Below are positions 27,436-42,400 of a stretch of 64,000 nucleotides of DNA, piece by piece. Numbering within the stretch: the first letter of the stretch is position 1; every line of letters starts with the position of its first letter. Source of the DNA: Desulfobacterales bacterium (GTDB taxonomy: Bacteria; Desulfobacterota; Desulfobacteria; Desulfobacterales; UBA2174); NCBI GenBank assembly GCA_963668645.2, contig CAXXWC010000021.1, forward strand, positions 1,280,001-1,344,000, given 5' to 3'. The position numbers and the translations under genes are program-made. The notes beneath the pieces were generated by a model. That model had not been told where the DNA came from. It ran no database searches and worked only from the letters and a program-made list of their open reading frames with translations.

Positions 27436-30400
27436 CTAACTGAACAAGAAAAAATCGTTTTCCGCCGAAACGGTCCCGTGTTCCTCAAGGGTCCAATAAT
27501 CGACCGACCACTGGTATACGCCCCAAGGCAGAAGCGTGTCGGCCACCCATTGTTCCCCCTCACTGGTCGAAACCCATGTGGACATCAGGGGCGTTTCATT
27601 ACGGCTGACTTGCACCTGATACCACTTGGCTTCATGGATGGCATCCCACGCAAGCGCCAGGGGCTGGGTGTAGGAAGGCAGGCTGGCCGGGATATGTACC
27701 GTTATCGCCGAAACCGGTGCGACCGTAAAACTGGCCAGTGGCGAACTCAATCCAAAGCCCGACGTTCCATAGGAGAGCACCTTCCACTGATAAGTACCCG
27801 CCGCCAGGATATAGTCCGTGGTGTAGGTCATCTTGCCCCGGACCCATTGTGTATCGATGATCTGTCCGGCCTTCTCGATGCGCACCTGGTACATCCAGGC
27901 GCCTTCGACCTGTTCCCAACCGAAGGTCAGCGGCCGATTCTCGACCGCACCTGCAGGGCTATGAACGATCAGCCTTTGCTCAATGGAGAACGTCACCGTC
28001 GCGCTGGGGCTGCCTGGTCCCTGCTCGTCGTAAGGTGTTACGGTGATCTGAAAATCGCCCACATTCAATTCGCCGGTCCAGACAGTTCCATCCTCGACCA
28101 TTGACGTGTCGTAAACGCTGCCGTCAAGCAGGATCTCCACCTCATAGCCCAGTGCTCCGGCCGCCTCCTGCCATTCGAGGGTGAGATTCACACCTTCGAC
28201 GATGGCGATATTGCCGGCGGCGGCGACCGCCGCATCTCTGACGACCTTTCCGAATTGCGCCTGGAGCAGGATGGGTCCACCGCTGCCTGCATCTACCGGC
28301 TCTGCGATGGTCAAGTCACCCTCAAGGACCTCCACCCGAATCTCGCCGCCCTCGGTCCGGATTCCCGTGAGGGCCGATTCCACCAGGAAATCCACCTTGC
28401 TGTCAGGCCTGAGCCGGTTCACAACGATGGGTGCTTCGTCACCTCCGGCAACTGCGACCGTCAAGCCGTGCGGGCTGATCAAAACCACATCGCCCGAGAC
28501 CGCCAGGGCCGCGAGGATAGCTGCATTGACACGCAGGGCGGTCCCCTCTCCGATTCCCTGCCCTGCGCTGAGTCTCAATGTCCCGGCACCAACGGCATCG
28601 ACTCCAGAGGATGCCGCCGATTCGATGGAGCCTGTATCGGCCGTAACGCTGACCGCGCCGCCATCGGCAAAAATTGCAGCGATTTCAGCATCCACCTTGG
28701 CCCAGATCCGGATGTTGCCGCCCTGGCTCGAAATGCGGGCATCTTCGGAGATCGCAACGGTACCGGCGACGGATTCAATATCGATGGTTCCGCCGGCTGA
28801 ATCGATTTCGCCATCGATGACGATATTCTGGCGGCCGATGACGGAAACATGGCCCCCCTGGGTCCACAGGGTCCCGGCCAGCGAGATTTGCCCGTTCGCC
28901 CCGCCGGCGCTCCACAGTATGCTTCCACTGGAGCCGGTACCCACCTGCCCCTCGGTGCCTATTGCGCCGTTTTCAGTGGTGACGATCAGGTTGCCGGCGG
29001 CGGTCACATCGCCCAGGGTCACGCTCCCTTCAACCAGAGTTACCAGATAGGCATCCCCTTCACCTCCAGCAGTCAAGGCGGCCACGGAAAGATCGGCCCC
29101 TGCCACTGATACGGTAATGTTCCCATCCAAGGTTTCGGCCGCTTCGACAATCAATGCGCCGCCACCTGTCTGGCTTAGGACGATATCTCCATGACCGCTG
29201 GAAGCGTTCAAGATGGTGGTTGTTTCAGCAAGTTGGTTGGCGATCCGGATGTCGCCTTCTGCAGTTGTCAGGTCGATTACGGCAGCGGATGTATCGATTG
29301 CACCGGTAGTGCCGATTCCCGCCACGGCCGTCCAAACCAGCCGCCGGGCCTGCACGTCAATTTGTGTATCCCCGGCCGATCCTTCGATCCTTCCTTCGGC
29401 GTTGATCGTCACCGTTGCCCCGGCGGCCAGCAACTGGTCGAAGTAGACCGATCCGCCGTTCTGGCTCTGGAGAAGGACGTCCCCGCCTTGAGAGTCAACG
29501 CCCTGGATGACGATATCACCCATCGCAAACATGCTGATCGCACCGCCGAAACTGCGGTTGACAATGCCGCCGGCCATCACCAGGGTGCCCCCTGCGGCAT
29601 CGATTTCCATGTCCCCGCCACCGGTGCTGACCGGCGCGTTGATGAGAATCGAACCTGCGGCCCGAATCATCACGTCGCCGCCTGAACTCGTTACGCCCCC
29701 ATCATCCAGCACCAGATTGTCGGTCTCCAGGATGAAAATCCCGCCGTAATTCGCCTGGGCCGATAGGGTCGTTGCCGTGGTTTCGATGGGATCGCCGGCG
29801 GTGCCGATGCCGATGCCTGCCAGCATGAAAAGTGTATCGGCCTGCACGTCGACCGTGTCGTCGGCCGTATCGAGGATCGAGCCGCTTGTGGCCGTCAACG
29901 ATGCATTCTTGTTGGTGGATATGCTGCCGAGGGTCAGAGAGCCGCCGGCCTGGTAACGGATATCGCCATCGACGGCAGCGGTCGCCGCATCCGGCGCCAT
30001 CTGGATATCCCGCCCGGCGAAAACATCAATGCCAGAATCGTCAGTGTTGACCGTGATCGCCGCATTCTGGAAAATGTCTCGGCCGGCATCCAGACTTATG
30101 GACCCGCCCGTGCTGTTCAGTGCCCCGTAAAGGGAAATGTCACCGGCGGCATCTGCGGCCATCAACCAGATGCTGTCCCCGGCCTCGATCCCGGCGCTAC
30201 CGGCCTCGACAGTCAGTTGCCCGGTGGCGGCAATCAAAACCACCGCGCCGCCAGAAACCAGTTGGCTCTGGGTTGCATCGGTCAAGTCAGCCCCTTTGGT
30301 GCCGTCAGGTTCGACCCGATGAACCGTGATCTGACCGGTTTCGTCCACCGTTAATCCGGAAACCCCAGTCAAGAAGAATCCTGCCGCTCCGGCACGCCCG

Positions 30401-33400
30401 CTCAGGCGCGCCACGTCGGTCATCAGGTGGCGGCCGCTCTCACCTACCGCTCCGGCAGATTCGATCCGCAGCTGGTTGGCTGCCACGTCCAGATCCGTGT
30501 TGCCGGCAGTCCCGCTGTCGGTGATCGAGGCGGCCTTGAGGCTCACGCTGGCCCCCGTGCTCAGACTGCCGAGGTTCAACGCGCCGGCCGCCGCATACCG
30601 GATGTTGCCGTTGACCGCCGTTGTGGTCGCGCCGTCAGCCATCCGGATCGCATTGCCGGCCTGCACATCCACCGTGCCCTCGCCCGTGGTGACGATATCC
30701 CCGGAAGCCCCCTGATCGATGTCGCCGCTTGCCAGCACCGTCACATGACCGCTGCCCGCGTCCAGACCGGCATTCAGGGCCACCGATCCGCCGACCGCTT
30801 CCAGCCGCACGTTACCGCTGCCCGGCGCCGCAACGCCCAGTTCCGGTGTCAGGGTCCCGCCGTTGACCGTCAAATCGCCCGCGGATACCGTCAGCACCAG
30901 GGCACCGTTGGCCGCGCTCGTCAAATCCTCGATCGTCTGTGCGACTTCCCCGGTTGTCCCGTTCTGGCCGACCCGTTCAACCGCCACCGTCACCGCATCG
31001 ACGGTCAATCCATCGGATTCGATCACGAAGAGCCCGCCGCTGCTCGCAGCTGCTGCAAGCCGCGACACCAACGTGTCGATCGCATTGGCGCTCGTGCCGA
31101 TCCCGACTCCGGCCTCCAGGATCAATCCCCCGGCCGTGATGTTGACCGCCGTATCGGCCGCCGCATCACTGATCGAGCCGCCCGCTCCGGCCAGCACCGC
31201 CACGTCGCCCTGGCCCGCATCGATCGTGCGCAGCGCAACGCTGCCGCCCGCTTCAAGACAAATGCTGCCGTCGGCACTGGCCGTTACCGTTCCGGTCGCC
31301 ATCGTGATGTTACGGCCCGCCAGAAGATCGATGGTCTTGCCGCTACCGCTGGCCGTGATGTTCGCGTTCTGCAACAAATCGCGGCCCGCCACGATGCTGA
31401 TATCACCGTCCGTGCTGCTCAGCTTCGCCGACAGTGCAATGTCGCCGTCCGCATCCACGGTCTGTAACAGGACGTTGCCCGCCGTGCTGATCGCTCCGCT
31501 GCCGGCCTCGGCAACCAAATGGCCGCTGCTGGCCACCAGAACAACCGCACCGCCGGAAACCAGATTGGACTGGGCCGCATCTCTCTGATCCGACAAGTCG
31601 GTCCCATTAACCCCGACCCGTTTGACCGCGATTGTCGATGTCTGGCCTACGACCAAGCCGGTGGTATCGGTCACAAACAAGCCGGCTGCACCTGCCCGCG
31701 CACTCAAGCGAGCCACATCGGTCGTCAGGTGGCGGTTGCTCTCTCCCACCGCTCCGGCAGATTCGATCCGCAGCTGGTTGGTCGCCACGTCCAGATCCGT
31801 GTTGCCGGCAGCCCCGCTGTCGGTGATCGACGCGGCCTTGAGGCTCACGCCGGCCCCCGTGCTCAGGCTGCCGAGGCTAATCGCACCGGCCGCCGCATAC
31901 CGGATATTGCCGTTGACCGCCGTTGCGGCCGCGCCGTCAGCCATACGGATCGCATTGCCGGCCTGCACATCCACCGTCCCGTCGCCCGTGGTGACGATGT
32001 CGCCCGAAGTCCCCTGATCGATGTCGCCGCTTGCCAGCACCGTCACATGACCGCTGCCCGCGTCCAGACCGGCATTCAGGGCCACCGATCCGCCTGCCGC
32101 TTCCAGCCGTACATGGCCGCTGCCCGGCGCCGCAACGCCCAGTTCCGGTGTCAGGGTCCCGCCGTTGACCGTCAAATCGCCCGCGGATACCGTCAGCACC
32201 AGGGCACCGTTGGCCGCGCTCGTCAAATCCTCGATCGTCTGTGCGACTTCCCCGGTCGTCCCGTTCTGGCCGACCCGTTCAACCGCCACCGTCACCGCAT
32301 CGACGGTCAATCCATCGGATTCGATCACGAAGAGCCCGCCGCTGCTCGCAGCTGCTGCAAGCCGCGACACCGACGTGTCGATCGCATTGGCGCTCGTGCC
32401 GATCCCGACTCCGGCCTCCAGGATCAATCCGCCGGCGGTGATGTTGACCGCCGTATCGGCCGCCGCATCACTGATCGAGCCGCCCGCTCCGGCCAGCACC
32501 GCCACGTCGCCCTGGCCCGCATCGATCGTGCGCAGCGCAACGCTGCCGCCCGCTTCAAGACAAATGCTGCCGTCGGCACTGGCCGTTACCGTTCCGGTCG
32601 CCATCGTGATGTTACGGCCCGCCAGAAGATCGATGGTCTTGCCGCTACCGCTGGCCGTGATGTTCGCGTTCTGCAACAAATCGCGGCCTGCCACGATGCT
32701 GATATGGCCTGTGCTGCTCGCCAGTGAAACCGACAGGATCACGTCACCGGTTGCATTTACGGTCTGTAACAAGACGTTGCCCGCCGCGCTGATCGCTCCG
32801 CTGCCGGCCTCGGCAACCAAATGACCGTTGGTGGCCACCAGAACCACCGCGCCGCCGGAAACCAGATCGGACTGCTCCCAGTCACTCTGATCCGAAAGTG
32901 ACAAACCGTCGGTGCCCACCCGCTTGACCGTGATCGCCGATGTCTGGCCCACAGCCAAGCCGGTGGTATCGGTCACAAACAAGCCGGCTGCACCTGCCCG
33001 CGCACTCAAGCGAGCCACATCGGTCGTCAGGTGGCGGTTGCTCTCTCCCACCGCTCCGGCAGATTCGATCCGCAGCTGGTTGGCCGCCACGTCCAGATCC
33101 GTGTTGCCGGCAGCCCCGCTGTCGGTGATCGACGCGGCCTTGAGGCTCACGCCGGCCCCCGTGCTCAGGCTGCCGAGGCTAATCGCACCGGCCGCCGCAT
33201 ACCGGATATTGCCGTTGACCGCCGTTGCGGCCGCGCCGTCGGCCATCCGGATCGCATTGCCGGCCTGCACATCCACCGTGCCGTCGCCCGTGGTGGTGAT
33301 ATTGCCCGAAGCCCCCTGATCGATGTCGCCGCTTGCCAGCACGCTCACGTGGCCGCTGCCCGCGTCCAGACCGCCATTCAAAACCACCGAACCGCCTGCC

Positions 33401-36400
33401 GCTTCCAGCCGCACGTTACCGCTGCCCGGCGCCGCAACGCCCAGTTCCGGTTTCAGGGTCCCGCCGTTGACCGTCAGATCGCCCGCGGACACCGTCACCA
33501 CCAGCGCGCCGTTGGCCGTGCTCGTCAAATCCTCGACCGTCTGTGCAACTTCTCCGGTGGTCCCGCTCTGGCCGACCCGCTCAATCGCCACCGTCACCGT
33601 ATCGACGATCAATCCCGCCGATTCGATCACGAAGAGCCCGCCGCTGCCCGTAGCGGCTGCAAGCTTCGACACCGACGTGTCGATCCCATTGTTGCCCGTG
33701 CCGATCCCGACTCCGGCCTTCAGGATCAATCCGCCGGCGGTGATGTTGACCGCCGTATCGGCCGCCGCATCACTGATCGAGCCACCCGCTCCGGCCAGCA
33801 CCGCCACGTCGCCCTGGCCCGCATCGATCGTGCGCAACGCAACGCTGCCACCCGCCTCAAGACGAATGTCGCCGCCGGCGCTGGTGATACGCGTCCCGGC
33901 AGACATGGCAATATCGTGAGAAGCCAGAATATCGATGGTTCCGCTGCCCGCGGTGACAATATCTCCTCCAAGGCCCTGCACAATATCGCCGCCCGCCATT
34001 ACGCTCACATGACCGCTGCCCGCGTCCAGACCGGCATTCAGGGCCACCGATCCGCCGACCGCTTCCAGCCGCACGTTACCGCTGCCCGGCGCCGCAACGC
34101 CCAGTTCCGGTGTCAGGGTCCCGCCGTTGACCGTCAGATCGCCCGCGGACACCGTCAGCACCAGGGCACCGTTGGCTGTGCTCGCCAAATCCTCGAGCGT
34201 TTGTGCGACTTCCCCGGTCGTCCCGCTCTGGTCGACCCGTTCAATCGCCACCGTCACCGCATCGACAGTCAATCCATCGGATTCGATCACGAAGAGCCCG
34301 CCACTGCTCGCAGCCGCTGCAAGCCGCGACACCGACGTGTCGATCGCATTGGTGCCTGTGCCGATCCCGGCCCCGGCCTGCAGGATCAATCCGCCGGCCG
34401 TGATGTTGACCGCCGTATCGGCCGCCGCGTCGCTGATCGAGCCGCCCGCTCCGGCCAGCACCGCCACGTCGCCCTGGCCCGCATTGACCTTGCGCAGCGC
34501 AACGCTGCCGCCCGCTTCAAGACGAATGTCACCACCGGCGCTGCCCGTTACCGTTCCGGTCCCCATCGTGATATGCCGACCGGCCGAAATGTCGATGCTC
34601 CGGCCAGAACCGGATACCGTGATGTTCGCGTTCTGAAGCAGATCGCGCCCAGCGTTCAGGCTGATGTCTCCACCCGTGCTGGAGATGGTCGCCGACAGCT
34701 TGAGGTCTGCGGCAGCGTCCACGGTTGTTACCAGGATATCGCCCGGAGCGCTGATCATGCCGTTGACTGCCTCGATGATCAGGCTTCCAGTCGTCGCCAC
34801 CAAGACCAGCGGGCCGCTGGAAATCAATTTCCCCTGGGCTGCGTCGGATACGTTTGAACCGCTTGAACCGTCGGCGGCCACCCGTTTGACCGCTATTGCC
34901 GCCGTCTGCCCCACGATCAAACCCGTCTTGTCGGTCACAAAGAAGCCCGCAGTTCCGGCCCGGGCGCTCAACCGCGCCACGTCGGTCGTCAAATGGCGTT
35001 GGGGCTCGCCCACCGCACCGCTCGATTCGATCCGAAGCTGAACGGCCGACACGTCCACATCGGTGTTGTCGCTGGCACCGCTGTCGGTAATTGTCGCAGC
35101 TTTCAAACTGATATTGCCGCCGGTGGCCAGGCGACCCACACTCAAGGCGCCGACGGCCGCATAGCGGATATTGCCGTTGACCGCAGTCGAGGCTGCGCCG
35201 TCTGCCATCCCGATTGCGGCACCTGCCTGAACATCCACGCTCCCGCTGCCAGTGGTAGAGATGTCGCCGGCCACCCCCTGGTTGACGCCGCCGCCTGCCA
35301 GCACACTCACATGACCACTGCTGGCGTCCAAAGCAGCCTTTAGTTGGATATCGCCTGCTGCTTCCAGCCGCACGTTACCGCTTCCTGCCGCCTTGATGCC
35401 AAGATCCGGCGTCACCATTCCGCCCTCGACCACCAGATCGCCGGCGACGACAGTCAACACCAGTGCACCATTTGACGTGCTGGTCAGATCTTCAAGCATC
35501 CGGTCAAGACTGAAAGTCGTCCCATCCTGGCTCACACGTCCGACATCCACCGTCACCGCATCGACGGTCAATCCATCGGATTCGACAACGAATATGCCAC
35601 CGCTGCCCGCAGCCGCCGTCAAGATCGTCACCGCCGTGTCGATGGCATTTTCCCCCGTGCCGATCCCGGCCCCGGCCTCCAAAATCAGACTTCCGGCGGT
35701 AACGTTGACAGCCGTGCTATCCGCGGCGTCGACAATCCCCCCCTCCCCGGCTACGAGCGCCACCGCGGCCGTTCCCGCCGCGATCACTCCCAGCTCCAGG
35801 TCTTCACCCGCGTGCAGGACGATGTCGCCATCGTTGCTGCTTACGACCGCTCCAGGGGCCATCGTAATATGGCGCCCGGCCAGGATATCGATCGTTTTTG
35901 ATGCAAAGAGGGCTAAGATATCGGCGCCCTGGAGTAAATCCCGGCCGGCAATCACACTGATATTTCCATGCGCGCTGGAAAGGTCGGCGCCCAATTTGAT
36001 ATCACCGTCTACGCCGGCCGATTGCAGCAAGATATTACCCGCTGCGCCGATCTCTCCCCAAATCGGTTCACTGCTCAGGGTACCGCTGTTCGCAACCAGG
36101 ACCAGGGTGCCACTTGAAACAAGGCCCGATTGGGTTAAATCGGCCTGCAAAGCGCCCGTCTTCCCATCGGTGCTTACCCGATAAACGCCGATGGCGGCTG
36201 TCTGGGATACACTCAAACCAGTCAGGTCAGTCACGAAGAATCCCGGCTCGCCAGCCCTTGCGCTAAGGTGCCCAACATTCGTGGTCAAATGCCGTTGGCT
36301 TTCCCCCACCGCTCCGGTTGTTTCGATCCGAAGCTGATTGGCTGCGACATCCAGATCTTTGTTGCCATTTGCCCCGCTGTCGGTGATCGACGCGGCCTTG

Positions 36401-39400
36401 AGGCTTACGTTACCACCGGTTGCCAAACGGCCGATGCTCAAGGTGTTGGGCGTCAAGTAGCGGATATTGCCGTTGACCGCGGTGGCGGCGGCACCGTCGG
36501 CCATTCTAATCACGCCGTCGGCCTGCACATCGATGCCGCCGGTCCCAGTTGTGAAAATGTCGCCGGCTGCCGCCTGATCAAGATCGCCGCTGGCCAGCAA
36601 GGTTACATGGCCACCACCCCCGTCAAGCCCGGTGTTCAGGTCCACGTCGCCCGCCACCGCCTGCAAGCGGACATTGCCGAGGCCCAAGGCCTGCACACCG
36701 AGATCCGGCGTCACCGTCCCGCCCTGGATCACCAGATCGCCGTTTTCCACCGTCACCACGATTGCTCCATTGGCGGTCGTGATTAGGTCTTCACGAGTCT
36801 TGGAGCCCCATGTTGTCATGCCGTTGCGGCCCACGCGGGCAACGTCCACCGTCACCGGTTCAATGCTCAACCCATCGGGCTCGATCACGAAGAAACCAGC
36901 ACTACCCGCCGCTCCCGAAAGGGTCGTGACTTGTATGTCGATGGCATTGGCCCCGGTGCCGATCCCGATGCCGGCTTCCAGTATCAGACGGCCGGCGGTG
37001 ACATCGACGGCTGCGGTATTGTCGGCATCGCTGATCGAACCGGTCGCCCCGGCAATCAGGGCCACGTCGCCGGCACCGGCACTGACGGTGCGTAGCGCGA
37101 TGTCACCGCCTGCTTCCAGGCGAATATCGCCGCCAGCGCTGGCCGTGCTTGTACCGGCCGCCATGGTAATGTGACGCCCGGCATGAATGTCGATGCTATT
37201 CACTGCGCCGGAGGCCGTAATGTTTGCATTTTGGATAAGATCGCGCCCCGCCTCGATGCTGATATGTCCGATAGTGCTATTCAGCGCCTCCGATAGCGTG
37301 ATGTCGCCGGCTGCATCGGTGGTCTCCAATAGGATGTTGCCTGTCGCGCTGATCTCGCCGCTGCCGGCCTGACTGACCAGATGGCCGGTAGTGGAGACAA
37401 GTACCAGCGCGCCTCCGGAAATCAAATGATTCTGGGTGGCGTCGGACACGTCGGCGCTAATGGCGCCGTCGGTGTCCACTCGTTTGACCGTGATCACCGC
37501 CGTAGAACCGATCGTGATGCCGTTGGTCTCGGTGATGTAAATACCCCCGGTACCGGCCGCTACACTCAGCAGGGTTACCTCGATCTTCAGATGCTTTTCG
37601 GACGCCCCTACACCCGCGCTGCCTGTCGGCTTAGCACTGAGACGCAGCTCTTTGGCATATATGTTCACCAGGGTGTTGCCGGCATTGTTTAAAATCGAGC
37701 CGCCCGTGCTGGTGACGCTCACCGCCCCCCAGTTGGCCGAAACAACCGCACGTGTATCCAAAACGCCCAGGGTGATGGTTCCGCTGGCCTTGTAACGGAT
37801 GTTTCCGCCCGCGGTCTTGGTCATGGCGTTTTCATCCATGACGATCTTGCCCACCGTGCCGGTGCTTTCCATATCGATTGTTCCGGTTTCGGAAGTCGTT
37901 ATGTCGCCAGCGGCTCCCTGTTCGATGTCGCCTTTGGCCAGCAGCGTCACGTGGCCGCTGCCCGCATTCAGTGCGGCATGGAGGAAAAGGGAGCCCTTGA
38001 TCGCCTGCAGCCGCACATTGCCTGTACCCACTGCACTGACGGCCGCGTTGACGGTTAAATTACCGTTACTCTTGGTACCGCCGTGAACCACAATGGCGCC
38101 ATTGGCATGGACCTTCAATCCGGCAAGAGTCGCATCCCCGTTGTTGAACAGGGAGGTGCTTCCACTCGACCCGACACGCTTGACGGTCACGGGAGCGATC
38201 TCACCGATGGTCAACCCGTTGGTTTCCTGGATGAAGATCGAACCGCTCGCGCTTTCGGCCGCGATAAGGGCCACACTGGTGTGCAAGGGCGATGTCGAGG
38301 TCCCGATGCCGGCTTTGGCGTAAAGTCGCAAACTATCCGCAACGATATTTGTTGTGGGCAGGCCGGCGTAGACAATGGCGCCATTTTGCGCCACGATGCT
38401 CACGAGTCCGCTGCCGGCCGTCAACCGCCCGACCTGTACGTTTCCGCCGGCCTGCAATCGCTGATTCCCGTCGTTAAGGCTGTTGCTGTTGAGCCCCGCT
38501 CCGGTGTTCATAAGCAGATCGCCGCCAGCCTCCATATCAATGGTCTGCCCGGCCCCGCCTAATCCCAGCACCGTCACCTGAGCCGACTCGCTCATCAAGA
38601 GATCGGCTGCGGCAATTATACTGATGCTGCCGTTGTCGGATTGCACCGTATTGCGCAGGTTGATGCCTCCCGCCAAGGTAGTCAACAGGATGTGCCCCAC
38701 AACGCCGCTGGTGATCACGTTGCTCTCTACGACCAAGTTCCCTTCGGCGACCGTCAACACGATCTGGCCGTCCGAGCCTTCTGCGGTCACGCCGTTTTGG
38801 CCAATGGTCAACCCGTCACGTTCGAGGATGAAAATCCCGCCGCTGACGGTGTTCTGGGCCGTGAGTTCTTCGACCCGGATTTCGATGGCCTTGGTCCCCG
38901 TCCCGATCCCGGCAGCCGCTTGCAGGGTCAGCAGGCTGAGACTGGCGTCCACCAGCCCTGCATCGATATTCAGGGCGCTCGCAGCCAGGACATTGACAAG
39001 GGTACCGGTTTCAGCAGTCAGGGCGACTTCGCCGCCGCTTTCGATCAGACTGAGGTGAATCGAACCACCAGCTACGTAAGTAACGGAACCGGTGGCCGTA
39101 ACCGTTCCCACCGCACGCGTTTTGCTGGCCTGGTGCATAACGATGTCACCGGCGGCTTGTGCTTTAATATTGCCGCCTGCGGTCAGGATATCGGCATTCT
39201 GAAGGATATCGGCCGAACCTGAAGTCAGGTCGATCGACCCGGTTTCGGCGGCCTCAATCTTGCCATTCAGTGTAATCGTGCCGTCAGCACTTAGCGTGAT
39301 GTCCCCGGTGGTGGTGGATATTCCGGCACCGGCATAGATCTTACGCCCTGCACCGCCCGCTATGAGCACCACTGATCCGCGACCTGCAACGCTGACCCCG

Positions 39401-42400
39401 CCGCCGGTATCGGAAATCTTGATATCTCCGTCTTCGGTGGTCAGCCTGATCTGACCCGCTCCTCCGGCATCTTCCTGGATCAGTCGATCCACACGCAAGG
39501 CGCCGGATTGGGCCACCACGTTGATTTCTATGTCCCCGCTGGAGCCAGAATTGGCCGCTTTCAGAAAATCGACGTATGCCCAAGGCAGGATGATTCCATT
39601 AGATGCACGGGCATCGATGGCGTTGGCACGCAGAACCTCATCATCCACACCGTCGGTCTCGGCGGCATTCATCTGCCGGACTCGCCCTTCGGCTGAATCC
39701 AACAGCAGTTGTGCGTTTTTAACCCACATCTGGTTGTAGAACGTTATCGCGCCCACCGCGTACAACTTAAGACTATGGGTGGTGACCAGGTACCTCGCCG
39801 GATCGCTGAAATCCTCCACCACGATCTGGCCGCCGTATATCGTCACGTTGTTCAGGAACGTCAGTTGCGAGCTGTCGTCGCCGCCAATGCGCACCAGACC
39901 GGCATCGGCGTCGGCATGGCCATTGTCCTCGTGACCGATGACGATAAGATCGAATGTCGCACTAAACTGTTTGAGCTCATCTAACGTAATGCTCAGTACG
40001 TCTCCGGTGTCATCGAACGGCGAAGCCACGTTTATCGTGCGACCCGGATCGGTCGGCCGCAGCGTCACGGTCCCTTCGCCCTGGATCTGCGCCGCGGCGG
40101 TCGGCAGATTGATCGTATTCGCTTCGATCCACATATCGCCCGGAACGCCTTCTGCCGTTCCGCTAAGTACAATTTCGCTCTCGTCGTCAAAATCGACCAC
40201 TGCCGCGCCGTTGATAATCAGGCTGCCACCTTCACCGAGGGTTAGATTGCCCATGAAGATGACCGTACCGGTGGCGTTAATGATCAGGTCGCCATTGATC
40301 CGAACGTCTTCATAGAAGGTCACGTTCCCGGCCGCATTGATGGTAAGCCCACTCAAGGGGTTGTCGTGCCCAACCTCGGCATTGATGATCACGTCGCCAT
40401 CGGCCGTGAGGGTCAGCCTGTTGTCGCCTTCACTGTCGCCGTCGAGGAAATGATCCGCATCGGGTGTTCCCAAGGTGATGTTGCCAGTACCCGATCCAGA
40501 GCCGGCTGTAAGGGTGGGGTCGCCGACGATGATCAGCGAGTCGTTCTGGGTGATGTCACCCGTGGAGGTGATGTTGGCGGCAATCGTGGTGGTAAAGCCC
40601 GAGCCGAAGGTTACGAAATTCCCATTGACTACGAGTTCCTGGTTAATCGCGATCTGCCCACCCTCGGATGGCGTCATGAGGGTCAGGCTGTCCTGGAATT
40701 CGACTGTTGAGTCGCCTGCAATCACGATGGGAGCACTGGTCTCGTTGGAGCCGATGATGATCTCGCCAAAGCCGTCGGCCAGATTGCCGATGGCGTCGTA
40801 ATCCAAAAAGAGGTCGCTGCCCGATCCGCCACCGCCCAGAAAGATCGGCTGCGATGGATCAAGGGCCCGGATCGTCAGAGTACTGTCGGCGCTACGGATG
40901 GTGTCAGAAATCAGCAACTGGTCGCCGGACAGGATGATGTCTTCTCCGCCGGCATCCACAGGCGCATCGATGATGGTCTGGTCGCCGCTGAGGTTGGCCA
41001 CGCCGGTTGCCCCGCCACGACTACCCGTGCCGACGCCGTCCGAAGCGATGATCTTACTGACGCCGGTGGTCAGAATAGCCACGGTGGACCGCTCGTTGCT
41101 GGACACGCGGATCTCGGCCGCATCCACCACCAGGGCCAGCGGGCTGTAAAGGAATCCCTCCACGTTCTGGCCGATCTCGTCCCGCGCATAAAGGGTCAGC
41201 AGTCCGTCGGTCTGCAGGTAGGGGCCATCCGCCTCCCGCAGCACATCACTGTTTTCCAGCCCCATATAGGGTTCATCGAGCCCGCTTACAAGGATTTCAC
41301 CGTTGGACGGGTTGACACTCACCTTACCGTTACGCAATGCCCAGTCGATGGCCGGATCAAAATCGTCACCCGCCAACAACCAGTCGACCGCGTCGGAATC
41401 GTTGATAATAGCGCCTTCGGGAGCATACAAACGGATTTCACCTTCCAGATCTCCGCCAACCCGGATTCCGTCGATCAGCGTGATGTCGCCCTGCTCGGCA
41501 AATACGCTCACCCCTCCGCCAGTGGTGGTTATGATCTTGCCGATGACGACCTGGCCATCGCCGGCATACAGCGTCACCTGGCCGGTAGCGGCCTCAATGC
41601 CATGGTAGGCCGCCAGCAACTCGATGTTGCCGTCCACGGTGGAAAGAGACGTGGTGCCGTCGCCGTTATTGACCACGCGGTAAATATTCAGGTCCCCGTA
41701 GTTGAGCATCGAGATCCCGCCGCTGGCGGTATTCTGCAGGTCGATACCGGCGACCTCCACCTCGATCTGCCCGCTATCGGCGATGCCGTTGGCGGCGGTG
41801 ATGACCAGAATCGCGTTGGGTGCGACGATGTCGGTATCGCTGTTGCCGGCATCAATCAGGGCGCCGCCGGCGGTCAGGACCAGATCGGTGGAGCTGGTGG
41901 TCCGGAGCTTGCCCACCGTCAGGTCGCCGCCGGCATCCATCGTGATCGATCCGGCCCCGGCGCGAATGAAGGTGTCGGCATCCATGGTCAGGGCGGCGCC
42001 GGCATCGAGAGTCACCGCGCCCGTCTCTGAATCGATGGAAGCCGCCGGCAGCATGCTGATGGCTCCCGCCGCGGTAATGGTCACCGGCCCCGTCCCGCTG
42101 GTGATGGCCTCGGCAATGATCAAGGAGCCGCCGGATCCGGCTATGAGCTCTATCGCGGCGCTGGCGATTACGCTGAGCGCAGTATTGATCGTCAGGTTTC
42201 CGGATGTCGTCAGGAAGATACCCGCTCCACCGGTGAACAGCCGCTCGACCAAGAGCGCTCCCTGGTTGATCAGGTTAACTGCGCCTGCGGCCTGCAAATC
42301 CAGAGTGTCGGTGTTCAATGACCCGGAAACACCACCACCTTGGGCGACCAAGGTGGTGCTGGTCATCTCCGCCGTGCTGTTGATGGTAATGGATCCGGTG

